From positions 106,136-170,135 of the IMG/VR virus record IMGVR_UViG_3300037483_000594: 64,000 bases of DNA; one strand, written 5' to 3'. Below are positions 27,823-38,276 of the stretch, one piece after another. Position 1 is the stretch's first letter; every line of letters begins with the position of its first letter. Origin of the DNA: a virus. The position numbers were made by a program, and so were the translations under genes. The notes under the pieces are model-generated. The model was not told the DNA's origin. It worked only from the letters and a program-made list of their open reading frames with translations, and did not search any database.

Positions 27823-29613
27823 ATGGGCTCGATAGCATCAGTCTCCGCTCTCTGGGAGAAAGCCGGTCTACTCTGGAGAGCACGCTACGATTCTCCCCAG
27901 TCTGTCGCCAGAGACGGCGGCACACTAGTCGGCTCCCCAACGTTTTCTTCAAGAGGCATTGAGCTCAACGGAGTGAATCAGCACGTCTCTTATGTCAACA
28001 AGCCTATCGGTCGCTTGAACGGCAAGGGTTTCATTGTCGTCAGGTTTACCCCGGAGTTTGCGTGGAACGAGGATGCGACCAGATACTTTTTCCGCTCCAC
28101 TTCTGGTTACGCCAGCCCTAATCAGATTTCTTTCAGTAAAGGCAATTTGGCGGCTAGTAGCGCAGTGCTTTTGTACATAGGTACGGGGTACGCATATTGT
28201 GCTGGGGCTGACTTTTCCGCTTTCTGGTTGAACGGACAAGAGAATTGTTTTGTTATTTCGTTGAATGGGATTTCAAGTGCTATGTGGTTGAATGGGAATA
28301 GTTTAGCCGTTTCAGATACGGCAATGGGCAATAATAGTCTCAGTGGAATTTTCATAGGTTTGGCAGGTAACTCGTACAAAGGTGCGATAAAAGAAATCCT
28401 GATCGGTAACAGATCACTCACGTCTGAGGACGCAGCCAGATTCTACGCCAACGACTGGGAGCAGCGGGCCGATAGTTCTCGTTTCATCGTCTCTTTGCCA
28501 AGCGAGCTGTCTTACAGGAAACCTACCGATCAGCAACTGTTGCCTGATGGTGACATGGAAGCAGTAGACGTTTTATCCTGGACAGTGGCAAATCTTGCCG
28601 TTCCAACTAAGCAGACAGCAAGCCCTCATGGTGGTGTGCGAAATCTTAGAGTTGCTTATGGCGGGGCGGGGAGCCCTTATGTATATCAGACTTTACTTAC
28701 GGTCGGATATACTTATAGGGTCAGCGGCTGGGCTAGAGGAAACAACTTGCAACCGGGTCCGGCAGTTTATAATGCTGGAACTGCTTTGTGGACCGGCACA
28801 GCTTCTCCGATTTGGCAGTATTTTGATGTCACATTTGTCGCCACCGCAACTACCTTGCGATTGTATTCTCGTGGGGTTGACGCTACTGATTATGCGGAAT
28901 ATGACGATATCTTCCTTGAGGAGATTCAAGCTGTCACTGAAACTGGTGGGCAGATCTCCTCAGTCTCTGGTGTGAAAGACGTTCTCCTCGGCTCTAATGG
29001 GCAGACTGCGTCGGAGTTTCCAACTGCGAAAGATTGCTGTCTCTCCTTCGATGGTGGGGATACCCTTACTATCCCGCACAACGACGCCCTGAGTTTCACA
29101 GACGGGATTACGGACAAGCCGTTTTCAATAGCGGTAATGTGCCAACTAGACACGGTTACTAGCAGAGCGATTGTGTCTAAAAACGGTACCAGCGGAATAT
29201 TGGCAGGAGAATACTTTCTGGCCAGTGTTATAGCTGGAGGAACACGTATTTACTTTGCTACCGTTGATGAGGTAAATAACGCTTATATAGCCAGATATGG
29301 TCTCGTTCCCTTAGGTAGAAAGTATGTGTGCTTAGTCGGAACGTACAGTGGTTCCAAAACGCCATCTGGGTTTCGAGTGTACACTGACGCACTGCGAATC
29401 GACACGACTGATGCTACAGCCGGGGCCTACGCAAGAATGAGAACCACCAACAAGAGTTTGCTCGTTGGTGGTTCTAACGCATCTTACACGGGCTATCTTG
29501 GCACTATGCCTGTTCGTCCAATCATTGAACCTGTCGAGTGGTCGCAGCTCGAGGTAGAGCAGATCACTGAGAAACTCAAGTCGCTGTATGCCCCAGCTAG
29601 GAGGGTGAGATGA
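27823..29613 (+). CDS. LamG/concanavalin-like plus carbohydrate-binding-module-like virion fibre or adhesin
   Basis: LamG-like segments (FNG/FDG..FSIAV..VGTY); CBM-like LLPDGDME..YRVSGWARG..YDDIFL; lower GC than flanks. Confidence 0.65.
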   Translation: MGSIASVSALWEKAGLLWRARYDSPQSVARDGGTLVGSPTFSSRGIELNGVNQHVSYVNKPIGRLNGKGFIVVRFTPEFAWNEDATRYFFRSTSGYASPNQISFSKGNLAASSAVLLYIGTGYAYCAGADFSAFWLNGQENCFVISLNGISSAMWLNGNSLAVSDTAMGNNSLSGIFIGLAGNSYKGAIKEILIGNRSLTSEDAARFYANDWEQRADSSRFIVSLPSELSYRKPTDQQLLPDGDMEAVDVLSWTVANLAVPTKQTASPHGGVRNLRVAYGGAGSPYVYQTLLTVGYTYRVSGWARGNNLQPGPAVYNAGTALWTGTASPIWQYFDVTFVATATTLRLYSRGVDATDYAEYDDIFLEEIQAVTETGGQISSVSGVKDVLLGSNGQTASEFPTAKDCCLSFDGGDTLTIPHNDALSFTDGITDKPFSIAVMCQLDTVTSRAIVSKNGTSGILAGEYFLASVIAGGTRIYFATVDEVNNAYIARYGLVPLGRKYVCLVGTYSGSKTPSGFRVYTDALRIDTTDATAGAYARMRTTNKSLLVGGSNASYTGYLGTMPVRPIIEPVEWSQLEVEQITEKLKSLYAPARRVR

Positions 29614-31538
29614 GCGATTTCATCGAGTACGCACAGTCGCTCGCTCCGAACATGCTAAGAGTGTTTGCTCGAGGCGACACGCTTGCTTACGACCAACACA
29701 ACAGATCAACTACTCCGGGTGCTGGAAACTTCTGGGTACCGAACGAGCATCAAGGTATTCAGTGCAAGACTGCTCCAATCACAATCGGCAAAGGGAATGA
29801 GCAGCTAACGACAGAGGGGACTCTATTCGTTGAGTGTACCCCGTTGAAAGACGCAGGGCCTAATCACACTCAACGGATAATGGAGAAGCATGTCGGTGTT
29901 CCAGAGTCTTGGCGGTTTTACATTCTAAAAACTCCAGCTAGATATCTAGTTTTCGGGACTGCTGGAGTACTCCCAACCCTGACCTACGATTGGCGTGGCA
30001 AAACGTGTCTTGCTGTGGTGTTTAGGCCGGGGCAGGCTCCTTTGTTTTATGCTGAGGGAGCCTTCATTGGTATCGGTAGCCTTGTTCATACCGTGGTCCC
30101 TGCCGATGTTGACATTAGTTTGGGGTCATATCATGTTCCGCAAGAACCCTTGTTGTCTCCTATGTATGTTGCAGGTCTATTCCCTGTACTAACTGGTCAG
30201 CAAATCTTCAACTTACACAAGAAATTCTTGGCTATGCCCCCAGTTGACAGAACGTCTCCTGTGGTAGGCAGAAAGATAGCCTCAAGGCCACCTACACCAG
30301 AGCTCGACGCGAAGTGCACAGAAGTCTTTGCTATGTCCAAGAACCTTGACGACGGCAAGATTCATGGTCTGAAGGGTGTTTCAGAGGGTACGATTGCTGG
30401 ACATATTGGAGTAAAAAACGACGGGCTGATTTATCCTGGGGCAATTTCCTGTAACAGCGACGCCCCTGTCGTAACACTGTCGAATGCTGCACAGATGGTG
30501 ACTTTAGATAACGGAGCAGTGGAGCAGATATTCACCCCGAAGTTTGACACAATACCGTCTCAGCGCTGGACGTTTGCTTGTAATGCAAGTCTTCGTTCAT
30601 ATATCTCGATGGCAGGCCCCACATTCTACGCCACTAAAGGCCAACCACTTCAGATTTTACCAAGTGTCACTGCTAACCCCCACGCAAGACACCTTACCAA
30701 TTTGCTACTGACCTGGTGGCTAGATGGCGCTACTCGACGATTTCAGTTTTTTATTGATGGTGTCTCGCAAGGAACCGGGACATACACCGATAACACCGTT
30801 CCTTCTCAGGCTAGCTTGTTCTTAGCAACGCTATCTGCACCGGGGCAGCTTCATCTAACCCGAACTTACAACACTCGAATCACCCCTGACGAAGCAAGGA
30901 CTCTCTATCTCCAGCACGCCGTCATAGCCGACGAGTTGAATTCCAGAAACTTTCCTCCTGTCTCTCTTGCAAACGTGACAGCAGGTGACTGTGGGCCTTG
31001 GCGAGTTATGAGCGGTATTCTTACTTGGCAAGAAGATGGGGCAAAAAGGAAGCTCGTTTCTGGACAAGTGAATAGTGCCGCTCGATACACGAGTCAGCAA
31101 GCTTATGGTGGTTGGTACTGGAAACTGAAGGGGCTAGATACCTACTATGTGCCTTTGTCCAGTGCTGCTGTCGCGGTTTCAGGATCATGGAATGGATACT
31201 ACGTCTATCTGTCGGCTGCTGGAGCTGTCCGTTTGTATCGTAGAACGGGTGCTGCATCTGTACTGATACAGAATACCGTCGATGGGTTTGTGGCTGCTGG
31301 AGTTGAATACTCGTTATTTCTCAGCAGACGGAGTGATGGACTGTTTACGCTGTGGGTAAAGGGTGGAGCTTACGCAGTGTGGACACAGGCGCTCACTGTC
31401 TTGGATGCCACACACACGGTTTCTGTTGCACACACTTGTTCTCTTCCTTCTGGAGCAGAGATTTCCAAGGTTCTTCGGTTCCCTCTCGGCGGAACACTGA
31501 CACCAAATGAAGTGCCTGAGCTTAGGGACGCGGCGTAG
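29610..31538 (+). CDS. Multi-LamG-like virion fibre or adhesin
   Basis: Repeated beta-sandwich segments (FFIDGV..YNTRITPDE); lower GC than flanks. Confidence 0.6.
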   Translation: MSDFIEYAQSLAPNMLRVFARGDTLAYDQHNRSTTPGAGNFWVPNEHQGIQCKTAPITIGKGNEQLTTEGTLFVECTPLKDAGPNHTQRIMEKHVGVPESWRFYILKTPARYLVFGTAGVLPTLTYDWRGKTCLAVVFRPGQAPLFYAEGAFIGIGSLVHTVVPADVDISLGSYHVPQEPLLSPMYVAGLFPVLTGQQIFNLHKKFLAMPPVDRTSPVVGRKIASRPPTPELDAKCTEVFAMSKNLDDGKIHGLKGVSEGTIAGHIGVKNDGLIYPGAISCNSDAPVVTLSNAAQMVTLDNGAVEQIFTPKFDTIPSQRWTFACNASLRSYISMAGPTFYATKGQPLQILPSVTANPHARHLTNLLLTWWLDGATRRFQFFIDGVSQGTGTYTDNTVPSQASLFLATLSAPGQLHLTRTYNTRITPDEARTLYLQHAVIADELNSRNFPPVSLANVTAGDCGPWRVMSGILTWQEDGAKRKLVSGQVNSAARYTSQQAYGGWYWKLKGLDTYYVPLSSAAVAVSGSWNGYYVYLSAAGAVRLYRRTGAASVLIQNTVDGFVAAGVEYSLFLSRRSDGLFTLWVKGGAYAVWTQALTVLDATHTVSVAHTCSLPSGAEISKVLRFPLGGTLTPNEVPELRDAA

Positions 31539-31550
31539 CGCGAGGTAGCG

Positions 31551-31754
31551 ATGAGAGCGATTGGAGGAACGGAGTCGGTGGTTACCTTCGGGTGGGTCGT
31601 GTGGGGCTACGCCATCGTGGCCGACACCACCCCCTGCGAGGACCTTGACCAACTTCGCGCAAAGCTGAAAGACGCCGAGCGGGACCCTTACGCCCCGGAC
31701 AAGCGAGAGCAACGGCGGCTCTGGCGAGAGCGCCAGCGCCAACTTGGGCGCTAG
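31551..31754 (+). CDS. Small hypothetical protein
   Basis: GAGG RBS; 67 aa. Confidence 0.4.
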   Translation: MRAIGGTESVVTFGWVVWGYAIVADTTPCEDLDQLRAKLKDAERDPYAPDKREQRRLWRERQRQLGR

Positions 31755-31798
31755 TCGCCAAGGAGCCCCACAGCGTATACTGTGGTCAGGAGAGAGAG

Positions 31799-32929
31799 AT
31801 GCTTCCAAAAGTAGCCGCGTTTCGGACCATGCTTCGCCGCCCTCTGGTTGACGTTACACCACCTGTGCTGACCAAAGAGGCCGCCCGGGGGTTGAAGAAG
31901 CTGGCACAGCTTTATGAGCTGGCGAAGCTGGCGCGGACCCCTCAGGAGGAGTTCGAGGAGGCAGCGCTGACAGACCCGGAGATTAACGCGGCGTTGGACT
32001 ACGAGCAGGCCATGGCGGAGAACGCTGTGCTGCGAGAGCAGGTGCTGGGGTTGCAGCAGTCACATGGAGAGCTGCAACAGCAGATGGCAGCGCAGGAGCA
32101 GCAGTTCGCCGGGGCACAGCAGCAGATGGCCATGATGCAACAGCAGCTCGACGCCGAGACCCAAGGGCGGCAGAGCGCGGTGCAGCAGGCTCTCATGGCC
32201 AAGGACTCAGAGCTGGCACAGCAGGCGAGCCTGCAGCTCCAGCGCCAGCAGCTCGCTGCTGCCGCCGACTCTCTGGCACTCCAACTCAAGCAGCTCGCCG
32301 CCACCCCCCCAGAGGCCCAAATGGCGCAGGCGGCAGAGGCAGAGCAGGCCACCGCTATCCAGGGAGACCAGGCAGCACTGCAGACCCTGCCCTCCAATCT
32401 CCGCAAGCAGGTGGTGGAGGCGCAAAACGCGGAGCAGACGGCGGCTGTCCAAGGCCAACAGGCAGAGCAGGAAGCTGCCATGGAGGTCACCGGCTCGGAC
32501 GTCAATGCTCTTCGCCAGGCTTTTCAGAAGACAGCGGCCAAGGTAGTACCCCCGCTCTCCGCGTTGGAAGAGTTGGCCCCCTTGCTCATCGCAACTCCGG
32601 CAGGTGCTGGGGTGGGGGCTGCACGGAGCCTGTTTCGGAAGTCGGACACCCCCACCGCGGCGGAGGGGCGGCTCGAGGCGCGGCTTGCAGAGCACGACGC
32701 GCAACTCGCGGAAAACGAAACCCCAGCACTCCGTGCCAGGAGAGAGATGATTTCTGCAGAACTCGCGGATAAGCGTGCGCTGCGCACCGACAGGGGGTAC
32801 GCGCTAAAAAGCGATGCTGTGGGTGGTGCCTTAGCAGGCTTGAGTGTGGGTGGTATTGCCTCCGGGCTTCGTCAGATTGCCCGGGGTTCTGACGAGTACG
32901 TTAAGCGGTTCGGGAAGGAACTGGTGTGA
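31799..32929 (+). CDS. Gln/Ala-rich coiled-coil KxA protein with glycine-zipper segments
   Basis: PKVAA, TKEAA, KKLAQ, AKLAR, QKTAA; GGALAGLSVGGIA. Confidence 0.65.
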   Translation: MLPKVAAFRTMLRRPLVDVTPPVLTKEAARGLKKLAQLYELAKLARTPQEEFEEAALTDPEINAALDYEQAMAENAVLREQVLGLQQSHGELQQQMAAQEQQFAGAQQQMAMMQQQLDAETQGRQSAVQQALMAKDSELAQQASLQLQRQQLAAAADSLALQLKQLAATPPEAQMAQAAEAEQATAIQGDQAALQTLPSNLRKQVVEAQNAEQTAAVQGQQAEQEAAMEVTGSDVNALRQAFQKTAAKVVPPLSALEELAPLLIATPAGAGVGAARSLFRKSDTPTAAEGRLEARLAEHDAQLAENETPALRARREMISAELADKRALRTDRGYALKSDAVGGALAGLSVGGIASGLRQIARGSDEYVKRFGKELV

Positions 32930-33795
32930 TCAGTATCCGAAAGTTCAGGGTGGTGTCCCTCACGGTGGGGACCTACGACCTGTTTTGGGAACTGGACGAT
33001 ACGGTCGAGGACGCCCTGGACTACGCGTTCACTGTAGAGCGCAGCGAGAGCCCGGGGGGGCCTTGGGACGTGGTGTCCCAGCCCTTCCGCGACAAGTACA
33101 TGTTCCGGGATATGTCCGTGCCGGGGGTGAACAAGTGGAGGCAGCTCTTTTACCGGGTCAAGATCGAGGGGGCCGCGGGGACGGCCTACTCGGGGCTGGC
33201 CACCCAGGAGGCGCAGCCTGACCTCTCGGCCACCGAGGCGCGGAGGATGATGAACCTGGTCCTGAAAGAGGGGATCGGGAGGGTGGTGTGGCTCTTTCCC
33301 GTCCGCACTTTTGGGACACGCTGCCCTGTGTGCTTTGACCCCGTGCTCGGGAAGCGGGTCAGCTCCAACTGCCTGTCGTGCTACGGGACAGGGTACGCTC
33401 GTGGGTTCATGGCGCCCTTGGCCACCTACCTCCGGATTGACCCCACCGAGCGTGCGGACCAGCTCGGGCAGGTGGTGACCCAGCAGCAGACAACCCGGGC
33501 GCACACTGCCTATTACCCGCTGGTGAAGCCGCGGGACGTGCTCGTGGAGGCGGAGAACAGACGGTGGCGTGTGGTGTCTTCCCAGGCGCCAGAGCGCCTG
33601 CGTGCCCCCATCTGGCAGGGGCTCACGCTACACGAGATTCCGCCCACTGACATTGAGTACAGGCTGCCTATCAACATCGACGACCTGCGCCGTGTACAGC
33701 CCTCTCCGGAAAGGGCGTTCACGAACCCCCAGACCCCAGACGAGGCTGGGTCACGCCTCGCCACGCTGTTTGACGTGTTTAGGAGCTACGGATGA
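32926..33795 (+). CDS. Putative head-closure/neck protein with FN3-like N-terminus and zinc ribbon
   Basis: LFWE..FTVERSESPGGPW..FYRV; CPVC..CLSCYGTG; DVLVEAENRRWRV. Confidence 0.65.
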   Translation: MISIRKFRVVSLTVGTYDLFWELDDTVEDALDYAFTVERSESPGGPWDVVSQPFRDKYMFRDMSVPGVNKWRQLFYRVKIEGAAGTAYSGLATQEAQPDLSATEARRMMNLVLKEGIGRVVWLFPVRTFGTRCPVCFDPVLGKRVSSNCLSCYGTGYARGFMAPLATYLRIDPTERADQLGQVVTQQQTTRAHTAYYPLVKPRDVLVEAENRRWRVVSSQAPERLRAPIWQGLTLHEIPPTDIEYRLPINIDDLRRVQPSPERAFTNPQTPDEAGSRLATLFDVFRSYG

Positions 33796-34205
33796 ACCAC
33801 CTGCTCGACGCCCAGGTCCGCACGATGCTGAAACTGGCGCAGGACTTCCCCCCGCCCTACTCTCCGGATGTGCCTCCACCTGAGCGCCCGGGGCCGCACT
33901 ACGTGGCGCGGTTGATCGGGGACGCCGCCCTCATAGCCGGGGGGACCACCCTGGGCATGGCCGGCGCCGACATGGGGCTGAAGAGGCTGGCAGCCACCGA
34001 ACGGTGGAAGAACATCTCCCCCACCGGGAAGAAAGCGATCGTGGGGACAGGGGCCGCTGCGGCTGGGGCGCTCACCTCTCTTGTGACAGGGCTCATGCGT
34101 CAAGACCGTAACCGCCGGATCGCGGAGGGCATAGCCCTGGACGAGGCACGGCGACAGCCCGTGCGCACCCCGCGTATCGTGCAGACGATCGAGGACGCGG
34201 AGTGA
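33792..34205 (+). CDS. KxA-leader membrane-like protein
   Basis: MLKLAQ; two Gly/Ala-rich hydrophobic segments. Confidence 0.6.
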   Translation: MNHLLDAQVRTMLKLAQDFPPPYSPDVPPPERPGPHYVARLIGDAALIAGGTTLGMAGADMGLKRLAATERWKNISPTGKKAIVGTGAAAAGALTSLVTGLMRQDRNRRIAEGIALDEARRQPVRTPRIVQTIEDAE

Positions 34206-35047
34206 GCGGCCAACCCCTGAGCGGTGCTATCCGCAACCTGCAGGCGCTGTGGGAAGACGAGCCCTTGCGCAAGTTGATGCGGGCAACGATCTTGTTTTTG
34301 CAGAGGGTGTACGCCTCTGCCCCGGAGACGGGGTACAGGTGGGCCGGGAACGACCCGTCTGCCAGCCGGATAGCGATCACCGCAGACCTCCCTGTCCCGG
34401 CCGAGGCTATCGGGGCACGCCCCCACATAGCGGTCTACTTCGGAGGGCTGCAGTGGAGCGGTCTCGGAATGGACCAGCTCCGTTCCGCGAGCTTCTTTAG
34501 TGATCAGCGTGAGCACCAAGACCTCATCACGGGGGTGCTCACCTTCGCTACCCTGTCCCGAAACTCGGAAGAGGCTGCGTACATCGCTTGGCACACCGCT
34601 AAGTTTTTGTGGCTTCTCCGCCGTATCTTGCTGGTGGTGGGGTTCCACGACATAGGGCAGAACATCAGCATGTCCGCCCCCTCCACCCCCGGGTCCCTGA
34701 TCCAGGGGGACGGGGGGGAAGAGCTCACCGTGGTTTACCTCACCGCACCCTTTTCTTTTGCCTGGGGGGCCACGGTGGTCCCTGTCAGTGACCACACAAT
34801 CGAGGAGTTCGAGATCGCCGTGGCCACTGAACTAGGGGAGTCGCTCACCCCCACTATCCCGGTCGCTCGGGTGGGGAGCGGGACAGTGGACACCGAGGGG
34901 CGTCGCTTGTTTGTGAAGGCCGACCCCATGGCCGCCCTGGGCTCGGTGGCAGAGCGGCGGAAGTGGCGGGCTGTCCCCCTCGACAACCCGCCCGTAATTA
35001 CTCCTTCTGAGGAGCTGGTGTCCCTTGTTATAGTAGAGGATGAATAG
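34202..35047 (+). CDS. Putative tail terminator/completion protein
   Basis: RPHIAV motif; located just before the sheath gene. Confidence 0.5.
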   Translation: MSGQPLSGAIRNLQALWEDEPLRKLMRATILFLQRVYASAPETGYRWAGNDPSASRIAITADLPVPAEAIGARPHIAVYFGGLQWSGLGMDQLRSASFFSDQREHQDLITGVLTFATLSRNSEEAAYIAWHTAKFLWLLRRILLVVGFHDIGQNISMSAPSTPGSLIQGDGGEELTVVYLTAPFSFAWGATVVPVSDHTIEEFEIAVATELGESLTPTIPVARVGSGTVDTEGRRLFVKADPMAALGSVAERRKWRAVPLDNPPVITPSEELVSLVIVEDE

Positions 35048-35065
35048 GTCACCCTGGAGGAAATT

Positions 35066-38000
35066 ATGGCCGCAGCTATCCCAGAGCTTCTCCCGCCCGG
35101 AGTCACGTTTCGTCAAGAGTTCGAGGAGGAGGATCTTGTCACCGTCCTCCCTTCACTTCCTCCGGTTGTCGTTGGCGTGTGCAACGAGATCAACGAGCTG
35201 TACGACGCGGACGGCGCGCTGAACGCCGACGTGCTTGTCACGGGGCCTGCCCTCGCGACCGCGCCCAACGACGAGGCAAGCTACACCGTCATGGCCAGCT
35301 TGACCCTCGAGCTGCGCGTGAACGGTGGGGCGATCCAGACGTTCGAGTTCGCGGCGTCCGCCGGGACCTTGACCGCCCAACAGGCCGCGTCGGCGATCAA
35401 CGGGGCCTCCCCGGCCCCCATCGACTTCGCTGCCTACGTGTACGAGGACAGTGGCGGGCTGAAGCACCTGCAGCTCAGGACGCTCGCCGCAGGCTCGTCC
35501 AAGACCATCCAGGTGCTCGGGGGCACGTCTCTCTCCAAGTTCGGTTGGGGAGAGGGGCAGACCTTCTACGGACTGGGCACCTACGTGCAAGACGACGTGT
35601 GGCTCAAACAAGAGGCCTTCCCGGACCCGAAGGCCATCGGCGCGGACTACCGCGACATCGACGAGGACTCGATCCGCGTGTTCCTCGACCTCGGCACCGT
35701 GGTCCCCGAGGTCCTGCGCACCCAGACCTTTCTCCGGAAGGGTGCTACCATCGCTATCCACAACGACGGGGACGGAGATCAGCGCACCCCTTACGTTGAC
35801 CTGAGCGAGAATCTGATCAGCGCAGCCTCTTCGGCAGCGGTCACCGGTATCGTCAACATCATTGCCACCCCCTCTCCGGTGCACGGGCGCACCCTCATCC
35901 TTCAGGTGGACGGTGGTGGGAAGCAGAGCGTGACCTTCGTGGGGCAGCCCATCCTCTCGGTGGACATGTCCGGATGGGTGGCGCAGTGGGCGGCCACGAT
36001 CCAAAACGGAACGATGGTGTTCACGGTGAACGGGGTGACCGTTACCGTGACCTTCGGTGCCGGCACTGCCACGATCGACGCGCTCATCACCGACATCAAC
36101 ACTCAGGCGGTAGCCACCGTGGGAGCCAACATCGCTTACCGGTGTGACGACCACGGCAAGGCCGACGCCGGTGGTGGGTACGCCGGCTTCTTCTACGGGG
36201 CACTCCCGGCTACCACCGTGGTGGAGAACACCTCGGTTGTGGTCCCGGCGCAGGCACACGCCGCGGCAAACCTGGTCATGGGCGCGGCCACGGCGTTCAC
36301 GCAGACCAACTGGGGTACGAAGCCCCACGCGGACTGGCCCATCGACTCCATCGTCACCCAGATCAACGAGCTGTTCGACACCACCGTGGCCTCGATGTCG
36401 ACGAACTTCCTGCGGTTGACCAGCCCGGGGCGCGGGTACGAGTCCAAGATCGAGATCGACACAGCGAGCTCGGCGGTGGGCGCCCCCCAGCCGACCCCGG
36501 TGACCCTGCTCGGTCTCGACATCGGGGCCACCAACGTCTTCTACGGCAACCCCTTCCCGGTGCGGGTAGGGGACAGCCTGTACGCCGGAGGTGCCTTCCT
36601 CGGGAACGTGCTCGAGGTGCACTCTGGCGCGGTCTCCGGAAGGCTTCGCCTCGACACCGAGGTCTTGATCACCGCAACCTGGTCGTCCTGGTACATCATC
36701 GCCAAAAACCTGAACGCGTTTTCGTCCTCGGCATGGGGCGTGACCGTGCCCACGCCGGACCTGATCCTGGACTCGAACAACGACGTGTTGGTGAAGCACG
36801 ACATCGTTCGGGACATCACCGGGACCGCCGTGGAGACGGTCTCGGCCTCGATGTACGTGATCTTCACAGCCCTGCGGAAGGACGTGACCGCGCAGGGGAA
36901 CAACACCGAGCTGGTGACCTACGCTGACGAGACGTCGTTGGCTGCGGCGCTCGGCCCACTCACCCCCGAGAACCCCCTGGGGTACGGGATGTGGCTGGCC
37001 ATGCAAGAGGCGCCCACCGTGTCGGTCTACGGTCTGGGGGTCGCGGACAAGAGCGAGGACTATCCGGAGGGAACCCTGGAAGGGTTCACCGAAGCGTTCT
37101 CGTTCCTGGAGTCCAAGCCTGTCTACGCCATCGCAGCGTTGACCAGCCAGACGGCGGTGCACTCTGTGGGGAGCGTCCACGTCCAAGCGCTCAGCGCACC
37201 CACGGGGCGCAAGCCGTGTGTGTACGTGGGGCACGTGGACCGTCCTTCCGAACTGTCCCCGACCATCGTCGGGAGCGGAAACGACGGTGACCTGATCCCC
37301 GGAGGGCCTCCCTGGACCTTCGACACCAAGCTCGTGACGCTGTCGCAGCTCCTGTTGGACGCGGACGTGGACCCTGCGTCTATCACCGTGGCTGACGGGG
37401 TGTACCTCGACTTCGGGGACGACGCCCACCACTGGAACGTGACGGGGGCAGTGACCGCGGGCACGGTGCTCACTCTGAACTTCACCTTTGCTGCCGGAGA
37501 GAACGATGACGGCTACTACGCTGCACTGGCTGACCTCACGGTTGCCTTGCAGCAAGCGTTGGTCAGCGCGTCCTTCTCGGTCGTGATTCGTGGAGCGGCG
37601 GTGAGCAGCACCAATGACGAGGTGGTCACCCTTTACAACAACGGGAAGGCGTTGGGCACCCGAAGGGCGTGGCTGCTGTTCTGTGACCAGCTCAAGGCGA
37701 CGGTGAACAGTGTCGAGCAGCTCATCCCGGGGTACTTCGCCCCTGCGCTCAAGGTCGGGAAGGTCGGCGGGAACGTGCCGGGTGCTCCCATGACCGGAGC
37801 TCCCTACGCGGTCGTCACCGACGCTACCGGTGTGGCCTCGGTGTTCACCGACTCGCAACTGAACAAGATCGCTGCTGGCGGGATCGACATCACCTGGGTC
37901 CCGGCAAAGGGAGCGGCTGTCCAGAGCCGCCACCAGCTCACCACCGACGTGACCACAGCGCAACGGGCGGAGCAGTCCATCACCGTAGCGCTCGACTACT

Positions 38001-38251
38001 GCGAGATCTTCGTGCGGACGAACCTCAGCCCACTGTCCGGAAGGTACAACCTCACCCCGACCAGGCTCGCGGCCTTCTCCGCGATCTTTGCCGGGCTCGC
38101 GCTGACCCTCGTGGACGTGCTGAAGGTGGTCGCCGCGGCCACGCCGTCTTCGATCACGCAGGACGCTTCTGACCCACGCAAGATGCGGGGAACGCTGCGT
38201 GTAACCCCGGTGTACCCAGGAAACGAATTCGATATCACCATGGTGATCTAG
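35066..38251 (+). CDS. Contractile tail sheath protein
   Basis: N-terminal PPGVTFRQ; C-terminal sheath core (QSRHQLTTD..EQSITVALDY..VTPVYPGNEFDITMVI); repeated insertion domains. Confidence 0.88.
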   Translation: MAAAIPELLPPGVTFRQEFEEEDLVTVLPSLPPVVVGVCNEINELYDADGALNADVLVTGPALATAPNDEASYTVMASLTLELRVNGGAIQTFEFAASAGTLTAQQAASAINGASPAPIDFAAYVYEDSGGLKHLQLRTLAAGSSKTIQVLGGTSLSKFGWGEGQTFYGLGTYVQDDVWLKQEAFPDPKAIGADYRDIDEDSIRVFLDLGTVVPEVLRTQTFLRKGATIAIHNDGDGDQRTPYVDLSENLISAASSAAVTGIVNIIATPSPVHGRTLILQVDGGGKQSVTFVGQPILSVDMSGWVAQWAATIQNGTMVFTVNGVTVTVTFGAGTATIDALITDINTQAVATVGANIAYRCDDHGKADAGGGYAGFFYGALPATTVVENTSVVVPAQAHAAANLVMGAATAFTQTNWGTKPHADWPIDSIVTQINELFDTTVASMSTNFLRLTSPGRGYESKIEIDTASSAVGAPQPTPVTLLGLDIGATNVFYGNPFPVRVGDSLYAGGAFLGNVLEVHSGAVSGRLRLDTEVLITATWSSWYIIAKNLNAFSSSAWGVTVPTPDLILDSNNDVLVKHDIVRDITGTAVETVSASMYVIFTALRKDVTAQGNNTELVTYADETSLAAALGPLTPENPLGYGMWLAMQEAPTVSVYGLGVADKSEDYPEGTLEGFTEAFSFLESKPVYAIAALTSQTAVHSVGSVHVQALSAPTGRKPCVYVGHVDRPSELSPTIVGSGNDGDLIPGGPPWTFDTKLVTLSQLLLDADVDPASITVADGVYLDFGDDAHHWNVTGAVTAGTVLTLNFTFAAGENDDGYYAALADLTVALQQALVSASFSVVIRGAAVSSTNDEVVTLYNNGKALGTRRAWLLFCDQLKATVNSVEQLIPGYFAPALKVGKVGGNVPGAPMTGAPYAVVTDATGVASVFTDSQLNKIAAGGIDITWVPAKGAAVQSRHQLTTDVTTAQRAEQSITVALDYCEIFVRTNLSPLSGRYNLTPTRLAAFSAIFAGLALTLVDVLKVVAAATPSSITQDASDPRKMRGTLRVTPVYPGNEFDITMVI

Positions 38252-38276
38252 TTCCGCAAAAGAAGGAGCAAAAGAG

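Noticed and set aside
32040-32480. CAG-rich stretch as a DNA repeat element
   Set aside because: Explained by a Gln/Ala-rich coiled coil; no fixed repeat unit.
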